DNA of 63,532 bases, the filler included, from Octopus bimaculoides (lineage: Eukaryota), in assembly GCF_001194135.2 (NCBI RefSeq). It is 10 parts of 9 records of this genome, joined end to end, with 100 filler letters (N's around TTAATTAATTAA, not from the genome) between each part and the next. Parts side by side here need not be neighbours in the genome. Positions count along the whole stretch, not along the records: positions 1 to 9,346 come from NC_068982.1; positions 9,447 to 20,550 come from NC_068983.1; 8 more parts are not named here. One strand, 5' to 3'. The notes below the pieces were generated by a model, which saw nothing but the letters and a program-made list of their open reading frames with translations, was not told the DNA's origin and did no database searches. Of the stretch, positions 1 through 11,160 are shown one piece after another. Each line of letters starts with the position of its first letter. Positions within the stretch are counted from its first letter, which is position 1. The position numbers and the translations under genes were made by a program.

Positions 1-88
1 CATAAAGATGAATGAAATGCTGCTAAGCATTTTGTCTGATGTGCTAACAATTCTGCTAGCTTGCTATCTAAATAATAATAATAATAAT

Positions 89-430
89 AAGAGTACTCAG
101 AGAGCGCAAACCTTCACCAAGGCAACACCAACATCCTCTCAACGATTAGCCAGAGATGATTTTTAAAATTAGAATATCTGAAATAAACTCGACTGCTTTC
201 ACAAACGAGAATACTAATAATGAACCTGACTGCTCTCAAAAATTAAGTAAAAAACAGGAAAAATAATCCAGAATCCTTGTCTAGTACCAGATTGATCTTA
301 AAATCTAATCAGTTTGTGCCAGTCACGAGGCCAAACATACCTGAAAGTTTCATCTGAATCCATCCAGTCGTTCTTGAGATATCTTGTCCATGGACAAACA
401 AATAAATAAACAACTGAAAACTTAGCGAAG
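89..430. repeat. Interspersed repeat (unclassified); partial second copy at 48694-48778
   Basis: AAGAGTACTCAGAGAGCGCAAACC...GATGATTTTTAAAAT recurs nearly identically at 48694-48778. Confidence 0.7.
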
Positions 431-586
431 GTGGAGGTAATAATGATAAAAATGGTTTCAAATTTTGGCACAAAGCCAGTAATTTCAGGAGAGTGGGTAG
501 TTAAAATGATGATGATGATGGTTACATTGACATATTTTATTGCCCCAAACAGATATAATATCTAGAACCATTAAAATATATTTTAC

Positions 587-686
587 CTGTCTCATTATGT
601 GTTTGTTTAAAGCTCGCAAAGCTACTGGATAATGTTGTCTCTGGGCAGCAAGCACGGTACAACAATCTGTATGAAGACTGATCTTA
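587..686 (-). CDS. ARMC2: ARMC2-like armadillo repeat protein, internal exon (100 bp): (S)KISLHTDCCTVLAAQRQHYPVALRALNKHIMRQ
   Basis: Minus strand has a pyrimidine tract ...tttttcctgtcttctag| and a donor CAG|GTAAAA. Entry phase 2 matches the exon at 3859-4004. The peptide aligns by eye with vertebrate ARMC2 'SKLTSYRDCCTALA...LINKYQKKQ'. Confidence 0.85.
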
Positions 687-820
687 CTAGAAGACAGGAA
701 AAAGAGAATTAAAAAAATAGGGTTAATTAGTAAAAAAAATAAGTTGATAACAATGCGATATGTTAATTTTTAAAAAATGGATTTCACTCTTTCACTAAAC
801 TTTCAGACATTCTTTCTTTC

Positions 821-1170
821 TTTTACTTATTTCAGTCACTTGACTGCAGCCATGCTGGAGCACCACTTTTAGTCAAACAAATCGACCCAAGGACTTATTC
901 TTTGTAAGCCTAGTACTTATTCTATCGGTCTCTTTTTGCTGAACCACTATGTGACGGGGACGTAAACACACCAACATCGGTTGTCAAACGATGGTGGGGG
1001 AACAAACACAGACACAAATAACAAATACATACATGCATTTATATATATCTATATATATATTATATTTTTTCATTTACCAAATCCACTCACAAGGCTTTGG
1101 AGTAGGACTGAACCCGGAATCATGTGGTTGGTAAGCAAGCTACTTACCACACAGCCACTCTTGCACCTGT
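821..1170 (-). mobile_element. tRNA-derived SINE, family A (cephalopod OK/OR-like), internally deleted and CpG-decayed copy
   Basis: Shares blocks (CAGTCATTTGACTGCGGCCATGCTGGAGCACC; CTACTTACCACACAGCCACTC) with more than 10 other copies in the window. Confidence 0.8.
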
Positions 1171-2660
1171 ATATATCTCACAGGTGCATGTGTATTTGTG
1201 TTTGAGCTTGTCCCCTATCATCATTTCACTACCGTGTTGGTTTGCTTAAGGGTACAACAAAAGAGAGACCGATAATAGTATCAGACTAAAAAAAAAACAA
1301 ATAGATAAGTACACGGGTTGATTGGTTTGACTAAATTATTCAAGGCACTGCTCCAGCATGGTTGCAGTATAATAACTGAAACAAGTAAAAGATATGTTCC
1401 TTAAACCTCACATTGATCTCAACAGATAAACCTAATCTTTTGATTCAATCAATATTATTTTAATTCAGCTTTCTTGAGAGACGTTTGTCATAAGTGTACA
1501 TTGAGCAGACAGGAATAAACGTGTTCTTACTAATAACTATCCCAGTTTTGTTTCAGACAAGCTTTTAGATAATGTGTCATTCTTTTTTAAAATTTGAGGG
1601 AGATTTGGTTACCATTGATAGCAGGTCGAGCAACTACATAGAAGCTCATTCATTTGTTTGTTTCCTGCTTTTTGGTGGGGTGGTGGTGCAGGGGAGAGGA
1701 GTTTGTGTCTTGTTGTATTAATGTGTAAAGAATTACCAAGATAGTAAATACTCCAGTTTCCATTTAAGATTAAACGATTTAAACAAGATACAAGTGAACA
1801 TGGATGTTAAGGATCTTAATTGAAATAACATATTCGTATTGAAATTGTTATGATTTTTGGACAACACTGGATAAGGGAAGAACATATCTGTGTTTTGTGT
1901 GCAAGGTTTCTGTGTGTTCCTTTATCATTCTTCTATGTAATTTTTTTTAATTTTTGTGTGTGTGTGTGTGTGTGTAACATGTTGAAACTTCTTGGGAGGT
2001 ACAAATGTAAATTCGAAGAATGATTTTTGTTGTGTTATAGCACAAGCACATACACAGAATGAAGAAATCGATGTGTGAGAGAGAGAAAGGGAGAGGAGAG
2101 TTATGAATTTCTGTTTTAATTTATTAAGGGCTATAAAGTTAGAGATTCATTGATCTAAACAGAAGGACAGAGATATTAATGTATTGCTATCAAATAAATA
2201 AAAAAATCCCAGAACAAATAAGAAACAAAACAACCACAAAATCTTTACAAACCCAAAGAACTATTAACAATAAAATCTGCCCAGTTACCTAAGATCAATA
2301 TTCTCTTTATTTAATATAATCGATATTGATTCCTTTTGACTGTGGAAGATGAGAGTTTTTTGCAGAAGAAAAGCTGTATAGTTATTTGGATCAACCACAA
2401 TATATTGGTTGGTAATTATCTCATTCCATTTCATTTATTTTCCTTTCATCCATCTGGTGTGGAATGAGAGGTAGCAACTAATCCTGGTTGTTCATTGAAA
2501 TAAAAAATAAAGAGGAATGAAACTTGATATTTTAGGCAATATTTACAATATTATTTTTTACCACACATAAGAACCTTTCTTTGACTCTGCTGGCATACTC
2601 AGCATTACACAAGTGCTGCATTCCTGCAAATTTTGCCATAATATGGAATTCGTTCTCCTC

Positions 2661-2820
2661 ATCATCATCATCGTTTAACGTCCGTTTTCCATGCTGGCAT
2701 GGGTTGGACGGTTTGACTGGGGACTGGCAAGCCAGGAGGCCACATCAGGCTCCAATCTGATCTGGCAAGGTTTCTCCAGCAGGATGCCCTTCCTAATGCT
2801 AACCACTCAGAATGTAGTGG
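2661..2820 (-). mobile_element. RTE-like LINE/SINE 3' end with (GAT)n tail; related copies near 3560-3660, 4500-4600, 6478-6780, 7520-7625, 7880-8010, 27205-27362, 62880-63010, 63400-63532
   Basis: Recurrent CATCATCGTTTAACGTCCG...CCATGCTGGCATGGGTTGGACGG...GGATGCCCTTCCTAA block. The RTE assignment is inference. Confidence 0.65.
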
Positions 2821-3087
2821 GTGCTTTTTACATGCCACCGGCATAGGAGCCAGTAAGGCGGGCCTAGCAATGATCAAGTTCAGTGCTTTTTACATGCTAC
2901 CGACACAGGAGCTAGTCAGGGGATACTGGCATCAGTCACGATCAGTTGGTGCTTTTTATGTACCACCATCACTGGAGCCAGTAAAGCGGGCCTGGCAACG
3001 AACATGTTCAGATGGTGCTTTTTACATGCCACCGGAACAGGAGCCAATCAGGGAGTACTGGCATCGGTCACGATCGGTTGGTGTTTT
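2821..3087. repeat. Degenerate tandem repeat, 62-66 bp monomers in an A-B-A-B pattern
   Basis: GTGCTTTTTACATG-like unit starts at 2821, 2883, 2949, 3015 and 3081. Units 1 and 3 resemble each other, as do units 2 and 4. Confidence 0.8.
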
Positions 3088-3261
3088 GATAGTTTCAAAA
3101 AAGTAAAACTATAAACCTTAGTACATTATAAAATATAGTTTAGTTCTATATTTAAGAGATGAGGAATTATTAACATTATTTACATTATTTACATTTGAAG
3201 GATTTTTGTCCTCATCTTGTTTGTTGTTAACACGTTTCGGCTGATATACCCTCCAGCCTAC

Positions 3262-3335
3262 GGGCATATGGCGTAGTGGTTAAGAGCGCGGGCTACTAAC
3301 CCCAAGGTTCCGAGTTCGATTCACGGCAGCGACCT
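3262..3335 (+). mobile_element. tRNA-derived SINE head with (AAT)n tail
   Basis: A box TGGCGTAGTGG and B box GAGTTCGATTC; no acceptor stem; followed by (AAT)n. Confidence 0.7.
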
Positions 3336-3422
3336 GATTAATAATAGTAATAATAATAATAATAATAATATATTAATAGTAACATCGTTAGGAATGAGAA
3401 CCCAGGTTCGAAATTTCCCCAA

Positions 3423-3468
3423 GACACCTGACGAAGGCTGGAGGGTATATCAGCCGAAACGTTGTGCT
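3423..3468 (+). ncRNA. Minimal type I hammerhead ribozyme-like motif (Penelope-associated, dimer type)
   Basis: GACAC-CTGACGA-A-GGCTG(10-nt loop)CAGCC-GAAA-CGTT-GTGCT. Contains both core motifs, a 5-bp stem II, palindromic AACGTT in place of stem III, and an imperfect stem I. Confidence 0.6.
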
Positions 3469-3858
3469 AACAACAAACAAGATGACGACAAATATCCGTC
3501 AAATGTAAATAATGTAAATAATGTTAAAATATAGTTTAACTATAAACTTCTAATGCTGTTATCATTATCATTTAGTGTCCATATTCCATGCTGGTATGGG
3601 CTGGACTCCAATGTCTGCTTTGGAAATTTTCTACAGCTGGATGCCTTTCCTAATATCATACACTTTACAGAGTGTAGAGGGTGCTTTTTCTTCCATGGTC
3701 TCCACGTAACTCACAAGACAAAATCCTCTGACAGAGTCGGGTGTAGTATTGAGGAAGAAGGTGTTTTGCCAAGTGTTGAGTGGCTAAAGTATGAAAGAAA
3801 TCATTAAAATTTAAGAATCACTTCAACAGTAATTAAGGTAAAATAAAGATGTTTTCAC

Positions 3859-4004
3859 CTGTATATTCTGGATATATTAAGGATTAGGTCACCGTCATCC
3901 AAATTAAGCTCCATAGCTGTACTCAAAGCTGGAATAAGCTCACAAGCGAGAAGTCGCTGTCGGCTGCTGCTAGCATCTACTAAATTCCGTAGACAAGCAG
4001 TTAA
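3859..4004 (-). CDS. ARMC2: ARMC2-like internal exon (146 bp): LTACLRNLVDASSSRQRLLACELIPALSTAMELNLDDGDLILNISRIY(S)
   Basis: Poly-T tract then ...ataaatag| acceptor; donor AG|GTGAAA; open frame. Resembles ARMC2 'VTATLRNLVDSSLVRSKFL...LCTAMEQYKGDKDVCTNIARIFS' (recalled homology). Confidence 0.88.
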
Positions 4005-5600
4005 CTATTTATATACAAAAAAAAAAAAAGAAAAAAATACAGGTAAATTATTAAAAATAAACAAAAACGAAACAAATACAACAGATTATCAATATATTTC
4101 TTCTATGAAACAATACAAAAAAAATGTAATAGAGAATATAATTGATTCACCTTACTAAAGTATATTACTGGTAGCTATATTATACATGTGGGTGTATACG
4201 TATATAGATATAAATCATATACAAAGCTGTGTGATTAAGAAGCTTGCTTTGCCACCATGCAGTTTCAGACAAGCGTCTTCTACTATAACTTTGAACCAAC
4301 CAAAGCCTTATGAGTGAATCTGGGAGACAGAAACTGAAAGAAGCTGGCGAGGAGTGTGTGTGTGTTTCCACTTTGTTTTGACATTGCATGGCAGCTGTAA
4401 ATGAGCACCATTGTTATACAGGTGGCATTGTTGGTCTCTAATCATCCATGTAAACGCCTGGCCATGAGGAAATATCTTATTTTGAAACATGTGAGGGTTG
4501 GTGACAGGAAGGGCATCCAACTGTAAAAAAAAATCTGCCTTAGCAAACACCATCTCACCCATGCAAGCATGGAAATGTGGACATTAGAATGATGATGCAA
4601 GGATGAACTAAATGTAGTCCTATATACCCACCAAAAATCATGGATGGTCATGGCTGGAATGTCTAATCCTAAGCCTACTCACTAAGAACTGACTTGGGGC
4701 TGGACAACAATACATAAAATGATTTCTTTCGATCAATCAAAATAAAGCAGACACAAAGCGGATTTTCTATACAGGAAGACTACAAAGCAATGGCCATAGT
4801 AAATATACTTATTACAGAATATCAGAGAAAGACTTCACTGTTGCAGATTTCTTTCACTGTGTCATGTTTGCTTTTCAAGTTAACTTTGGTGGATGGATCT
4901 TATTTTTCTTTTTTTGTGAGTTATTAATTTTACCGAAACAGCAGAAGTGTGACGATAAAAATCGATCTTGTTATATGCAAGACTGAAGCCATATTTCTAT
5001 ATTTCAATCAATACACACACACAGACACGGCTATATTGATCTTATTGATACATCATCATCATCATTTTATATCCATTTTTCACAGTCAGAATAAATAAAA
5101 CAAGTCTGATCCATCATAATGTCATGATACATTTAACAGTCCATCATCACATAATACACACAATAGAGAAGACCAACAATCTTTGTTGTTGTTGTAGTAG
5201 TAGTAGATATTATGGTTTACTTAAATATATGATGGCTGTCCACTTGTGACCAAGGAAGACCATCACTGACCATTGTCCATGCAATGCCTGTGCATGAAGT
5301 TATTGCATCTGTAGTTGGCTTCACCCAGATCACACACACACACACATTATACTGGTGTATATACATAAATATATAAAATATATTTCTTCTGTATCACCAC
5401 ATGCACATCAATAGATTAATCTTTATTAATAAATGGTTACACACACATACACATTAATAAAATGTAATATATTCCACTGGTCGGAGTAAACAGCCACACA
5501 CACACACACACACACACACATGCAAACAGAGATGAGTGCATACATACTTATATATATCATCATCTTCATCATCTTCATTTAACATCCATATTCCATGTTG

Positions 5601-5634
<34 letters not shown>

Positions 5635-5661
5635 TAGTAACCAAATTATAATACACTTCAC

Positions 5662-5715
5662 CTGTATTAGTAAATGTCCAAGTTGTTCTTTATTGGCACT
5701 GGGTACAGATGGATC
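5662..5715 (-). CDS. ARMC2: ARMC2-like internal exon (54 bp): DPSVPSANKEQLGHLLIQ
   Basis: Acceptor tgctattttcag|, donor CAG|GTGAAG, phase 0/0. Joins the next exon to give GHLLIQ-LTACLRNL, matching ARMC2 GHLLVQ-VTATLRNL. Confidence 0.82.
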
Positions 5716-6387
5716 CTGAAAATAGCAACATTATTATTGATGAAGCAAAAATCTAGTTATATTGGACAGTTATGTGTTTTTTTTTTCTTTTCGAATTAAA
5801 ATTAATAACATACACACAAGTATTTACTGAGACAAAAATCAATAAAATGAATTAACTGAATTCTTTAATCTTCTTCAATGCATCTCTGGTTAGAGAAGTA
5901 CACTTATCAATTATTCCTCAGCCATCACTACACAAAACATGTACGCAAGGTAGGATGCATCAAATGCACACACACATTATAGACAATGCATCTCTCTTAT
6001 TCACCAACTGTCTCCAAAAACAGATCCAATAACCAAGGTATACTTGGTTACTTCATCTGTTACTGACAAAAGAACCTCCACGTTGTCCCCTGACCAGCTA
6101 GAAACTGCTGTCAACTCCCTTAAATAACATTATACCATCTTAATAACGACACACAAAACAAAGTAGTGTAAGATGTACAAAATGTTGGGATGGCCACAAG
6201 TAGAATGCTTTTGATATAAATTGTGCTCAGCCAAAGCTGACCTGGGGTTAAACATCAGCAGCTGATACAATGACTGGTGTTGCTCCTTCTCCACCTTAAC
6301 CCTATGGCAGCATTTTCTTTTCTTCATTCCTGGTTCCCACTGAGGATAACTACCAAGCACTACCAATTCCTTTTTCCTACAAGCAGT

Positions 6388-6475
6388 GATTCCCAACCAT
6401 TTTTTGCCTATATACCCCTTTGATTCCATTTTACTCTACTGGACCTCAATAGCCATTTGATGTTTAAAAAAATGC
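6388..6475 (+). mobile_element. hAT-type MITE 5' fragment (same family as 52182-52513)
   Basis: CAGTGATTCCCAACC terminus; internal CCCCTTTGATT...CATTTGATGTTTAAAAA similar to 52200-52270. Confidence 0.55.
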
Positions 6476-9034
6476 TATCATCATCATTTAACGTCCTCTA
6501 TGCTAGCATGGGTGGATGGTTCCACAAGAGCCGTCCAGGCTGAAGTCTGCGCCAGACTTCTGTGACTGTTTTGGCAAGATTTTTACAGCTGGGTGCCCTT
6601 CCTGACACCAACCACTCAGCAGAGTGGATTTAGTGCTTTTTACGTGGCACAAACACAGGTGAGGTGAGTAGTGTTTTTTATGTAGGACAAGCACAAGCGA
6701 GGTCAGTTTTGGCATGGTTTTTACAGCTGGATGCCCTTCTGAACACCAACCACTTTACAGTGTGGACAGGTTATGCCAGCTTGCAATACAGAGATCAAAC
6801 CTTTAACAGGCCAATGAAGTAGTGGTGGTGACTTAATACGTAATATTTATATTACTCAAGGTCTGGTGGAAGCTTTTCCCCCTTCTATTTCCTCTTACTA
6901 ACTATGGTTGAATTCACTTCATTCTATAGTAACTGTGAAACAATCAATACTTAATAACATGTACAAACAATGTACTTAGAGTAACAAAGCTGATTTACCC
7001 GATACTATGGTGATAATAAAATCCAATTGTCAACTATAGACAGTACTATTGATTAAATAGATATTGTACTATCATGTTTGACACCAAACATCACTTCCTA
7101 TGACAATTTTATTGTGAAGTTTCAATGAAGGTATTTTGTTTTATTTTATCTTTAAAAAAAAAATTATTTTCACGAATTGTATACAAGTCTGCATGAAAGA
7201 GGCTTAGGTATAGTTGTATGGTCAACAAGTTTGCTTTCCAACCATGTGGTTGTAGGTTCAGTCCCATGGGTCACCATGGGTCAGTACTTTCTATTATAGA
7301 CTTGGACTGACTAAAGTATTCTGAATGGATTTGATAAATGGAAACTGAAAGAAGCCTGCTGTATGTATGCAAACATATACGTGTGTGAATGTGAGTATTT
7401 CCTTGTCTTGATATTGTATGATAGCTGTAAACAGGTGATGCTGCCATACAAGTGGTGTCATTTGTTTCCAGTGTTCTGTGAAAACATGTCTGGCTATGGG
7501 GAAAATATTACCTTGCCAGGAAACAAGTGAGAGTTGGCAACAAGGAGGGCATCTCATAGAAAATCTACTTTAAAAAACTCTAACCCATGCTAGCATGAAA
7601 AATGGATGTTAAAACGATTATGATGAACTATGAAGTTTAACTTTAATTTCTATAGTGTTAATCAAATAAGTGATATATCTTCTCTCTTTGCCAGCTGATA
7701 TTACTATATATCTCTGCTAAAGCAGGACACTCTCTATCGTACCTCTCATCACCTGACATAAAAGCCGCTTCCCTCAATTCTTCTCCCTGCCTTAGTTGAA
7801 GGGACTTGTCTTGCAAGTTACTTGGTGACCTCATTAGTGCAAGTGATATATAAAAAAATCAACCAGCATATTCTGTAAAGTGCTTTGCTGTTAGGAAGGG
7901 CATCCAGCTGTTACAACCTCATCAGAACAGACGCTAGAGCTTGGCACAGCCCTCCAGCTTACCAGCGCCTGTTGAGCCATCCGACCCATATCAGTACGGA
8001 AAATGGACATTAGATAGTTTTAATAATATTCCTCTGGCTAGGAATCCAGTCTATCACATGTACTTTCTCCGATGTCTTCCAATTCTTCCAATGGTTAGGT
8101 AAACTGGGGTATGAAGAATAGAGTTCCTACCCAGAGACAACACTTCAAACCTCCTGAGTGGATATGAAGAGAAGAACCATAAATTCACAGACTAATAATA
8201 TTTAATGATTCACATCTACAAGCAAGATATAGTAGAGAGAGAAAAAGGCAAATGCTGTCTTGGTTAACCCTTCTGTTACTATATACCTGTTGCAATATAC
8301 TGCTTTTATTTCAATTAATTTTGAAATTAATGAAGACTTCATTAAAACAACTGACATAATTATGCAAATACTTGGAATTGATATGATATTTTGATGGAAG
8401 GGTTTAACTCAAAGCTCTTTAAAATAGGAAATCTGTAGCATAGGACCAGGGATGGTCTCAGACAGTCTGGAATCAAAAGGGTTAAGAACTTTGTTTTGCA
8501 AGTGGGTTTTAGTTTCAATTCCACTGAACAGCATCTTGGTTAAGCATATTCTATTGTAGCCTCAGTTTGTCCAGTACCTTGTGAGTAGAATTTAGTAAAT
8601 GAAAACTATGCAGAAGCCTCTATATACACACACATACCTTTTGATCAAAGTATATTACCAGTGCTTTGTGAATGAAATCTTTCACCATCTTCATCATCCA
8701 AATCATTTTACATCTGCTTTCCACATTGCATAGGTTTGTGAGTCATCATGAGCCATGTCAGTTCTTATATGGAGTTACTGGGCTCTCAGTTGCACTGGAG
8801 GTCCACAACTTGCTCTATTTTGACATGGGGTCTATGGTGGCTGGATGTCTTTCCTGTCACCAACCTCTTTACAGATAGAGTATACTGGTGGCATCAGCAC
8901 TACAGAGTTGTCATGTCCTCAGCAAGCTCTTGTGATATGTTCTGCATTGAGTTAGACACTCTTTTTTCACTCTTGTAGTAAACAAGTGATTAAGCCTGTT
9001 GTTCCAATTAATGACTATTGTTCACAAATTACAA

Positions 9035-9346
9035 TCTATATATATAAAAATGAGAATGTGTGTCTGTCTGTCTGTGTGAATCCCTAAAACTCGAGAACTA
9101 CGCAACCAATTTCATTCAAATTTTACACATGCCTTACTTAGGGTTCCAGTTGTGTTTTAGTCAAAAAAAATTATTAACTTCTTGCAGAGTTCGAGCACAC
9201 GGCAACATAATATCTCCTCCACTATTTAAGTATTACGTGTCAAAAGTGAAACAAAAACACTCATGTCAAATACTTTCACTTTAAAAATGAAACTATTCCA
9301 CTAACTGAAACAATCACATTTCGATACTGTAGTGACAGATACTTTC
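9035..9346 (+). mobile_element. Non-autonomous Helitron-like element, 5' part, truncated by a gap
   Basis: A|TCTATATATATAAAAATGAGAATGTGTGTCTGTCTGT start is typical of Helitron 5' ends. The distal block AATCACATTTCGATACT...GACAGATAC is shared with 54510-54547. Confidence 0.5.
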
Positions 9347-9503
9347 NNNNNNNNNNNNNNNNNNNNNNNNNNNNNNNNNNNNNNNNNNNNTTAATTAATT
9401 AANNNNNNNNNNNNNNNNNNNNNNNNNNNNNNNNNNNNNNNNNNNNATATATATATATATATACATATATATATTAAATTATGCTTCCAGTTCAGCATTC
9501 TGG

Positions 9504-9547
<44 letters not shown>

Positions 9548-10640
9548 GCTTCCAGTTCAGCATTCTGGCTTTTTTTCATTTTCCTATTATTTCTCCACGT
9601 GCAGTTAACACAACCCCACAATTTACTGACTTATATATATGTATATATATATGTATATATATACTAATACATGTATGTGTATATATTTATGTATATGTGT
9701 ATATTTTGCGTGTATATATGTGTTGTGTGTGTGTGCGTGGCGTGTGCGCACGTGTACATATGTAAACGTATATATGGGGAATAGCTTTTCTTTTATACAC
9801 GTTTTATTAAATACACGAATGCGTTCCAGTTTTACCTCTTTTATTTTAGATTATTTTCCATTTTCTAATTGGTTATTTTTGCAGCTAATCTGGAACAATA
9901 AAATTTCAAAATTCATATTAAATTATTTCCGGACCTTCACAGTTTCCTTTTCAAGAATTGAATATTTTTGGTGCCTGTGTTTCTTATGCATTCTTTGAAT
10001 TCATGTAAACTTTTCGACCGAAGCTTTCTTGACTATTAGGCTTCTACATCAATTGTATTGTGTAGATCTTATTTTACTGTGGTCAAATTGTTATCATTAA
10101 GGTTTCATGCCAGTAGCCATGTATTAGTTGTTTGCGGGTTTTCTTTGACACTGAATCGTGATGAGTAAGGCTTTCATAATTAACTCGTTTTTGTGAGGAA
10201 TTATACGATCCTCTCGTATTTTTTGTCTTTGTTTTGTGGTGTGCAGTATAGTGTTTTGCGATTGTTGTAAATGCATAGCGTGGCTTTGAGATAATGTCCA
10301 GTGTAACAGCTGGAGTACTGAAATTTACAACTTCAGTTTTGCATCAAATTTATTGATTACATTGGTCATTCGTCGCCTGTCTTGTGGTTTACATGTCCGT
10401 GAAGTGTTATTGTTATGTAGGCTTTTGGTTTTGGTGTTTTTGTTGTATATTATTAGTTAAAGTTTATGGTTAAGTGAGATGCCTTTTGTTCTAGTCTTTG
10501 AGATTTTTAATAATGTATTTATTTTTACAATAGTCTTTATGCATTTGATTGATATAATAAATATTGTGTAGTTTGTGTATATTATTGGATATATTCTCTG
10601 ATGCATTGTTCTAGAGTATTTAGTATTTTATTCTTCTATA

Positions 10641-10949
10641 TGGAGGCGCAATGGCCCAGTGGTTAGAGCAGCGGACTCGCGGTGGGAGGATCGCGATTTC
10701 GATTCCCAGACCGGGCGTTGTGAGTGTTTATTGAACGAAAACACCTAAAGCTCCACGAGGCTCCGGCAGAGGATGGTGGCGACCCCTGTTGTACTCTTTC
10801 GCCCCAACTTTCTCTCACTCTTTCTTCCTGTTTCTTGAGTAACGCTGCGATGGACTGGCGTCCCGTCCAGCTGGGGGAAACACATACGCCATAGAAACCG
10901 GGAAACCGGGCCCATGAGCCTGGCTAGGCTTTGAAAGGGCGACGAAAGA
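10641..10949 (+). mobile_element. Full-length tRNA-derived SINE with an 11-bp target-site duplication
   Basis: A box TGGCCCAGTGG and B box GATTTCGATTCCC; TSD ATTCTTCTATA at 10630-10640 and 10950-10960. Confidence 0.88.
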
Positions 10950-11112
10950 ATTCTTCTATAGCTCGGTCTATTGATCTGTCAGAATATCCTTTGTTAATTA
11001 ATGTTTGTTTTTTCTGTGGATTTCTTTTTCTAGTACTTTTTCTTCGAACAAGACCATATATGCACTTCTAAGGGGTGACTTTACTACTGCCTTCATGATA
11101 TAGTTTTGTGTG

Positions 11113-11160
11113 CATTTACTGTCCTCATATAGGTATATACCTATATGAGGACAGTAAATG
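11113..11160. repeat. Perfect 48-bp palindrome
   Basis: CATTTACTGTCCTCATATAGGTATATACCTATATGAGGACAGTAAATG equals its own reverse complement. Confidence 0.95.

Larger units (their letters stand above)
3170..3527. mobile_element. Penelope-like terminal repeat in inverted arrangement (arms 3170-3259 and 3435-3527)
   Basis: Arms are about 90 bp near-perfect reverse complements. The right arm carries the CTGACGA...GAAACG motif typical of Penelope pseudo-LTRs. Confidence 0.65.

Noticed and set aside
3262-3335. tRNA-like sequence (similar heads at 10641, 37958, 39179)
   Set aside because: A and B boxes are present, but there is no paired acceptor stem and each continues into a SINE body or tail. 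These are SINE heads, not tRNA genes.
9475-9572. Direct repeat of about 32 bp (AAATTATGCTTCCAGTTCAGCATTCTGGCTTT) around (TA)n
   Set aside because: It is adjacent to a gap and a TA array, so slippage or an assembly artefact cannot be excluded.
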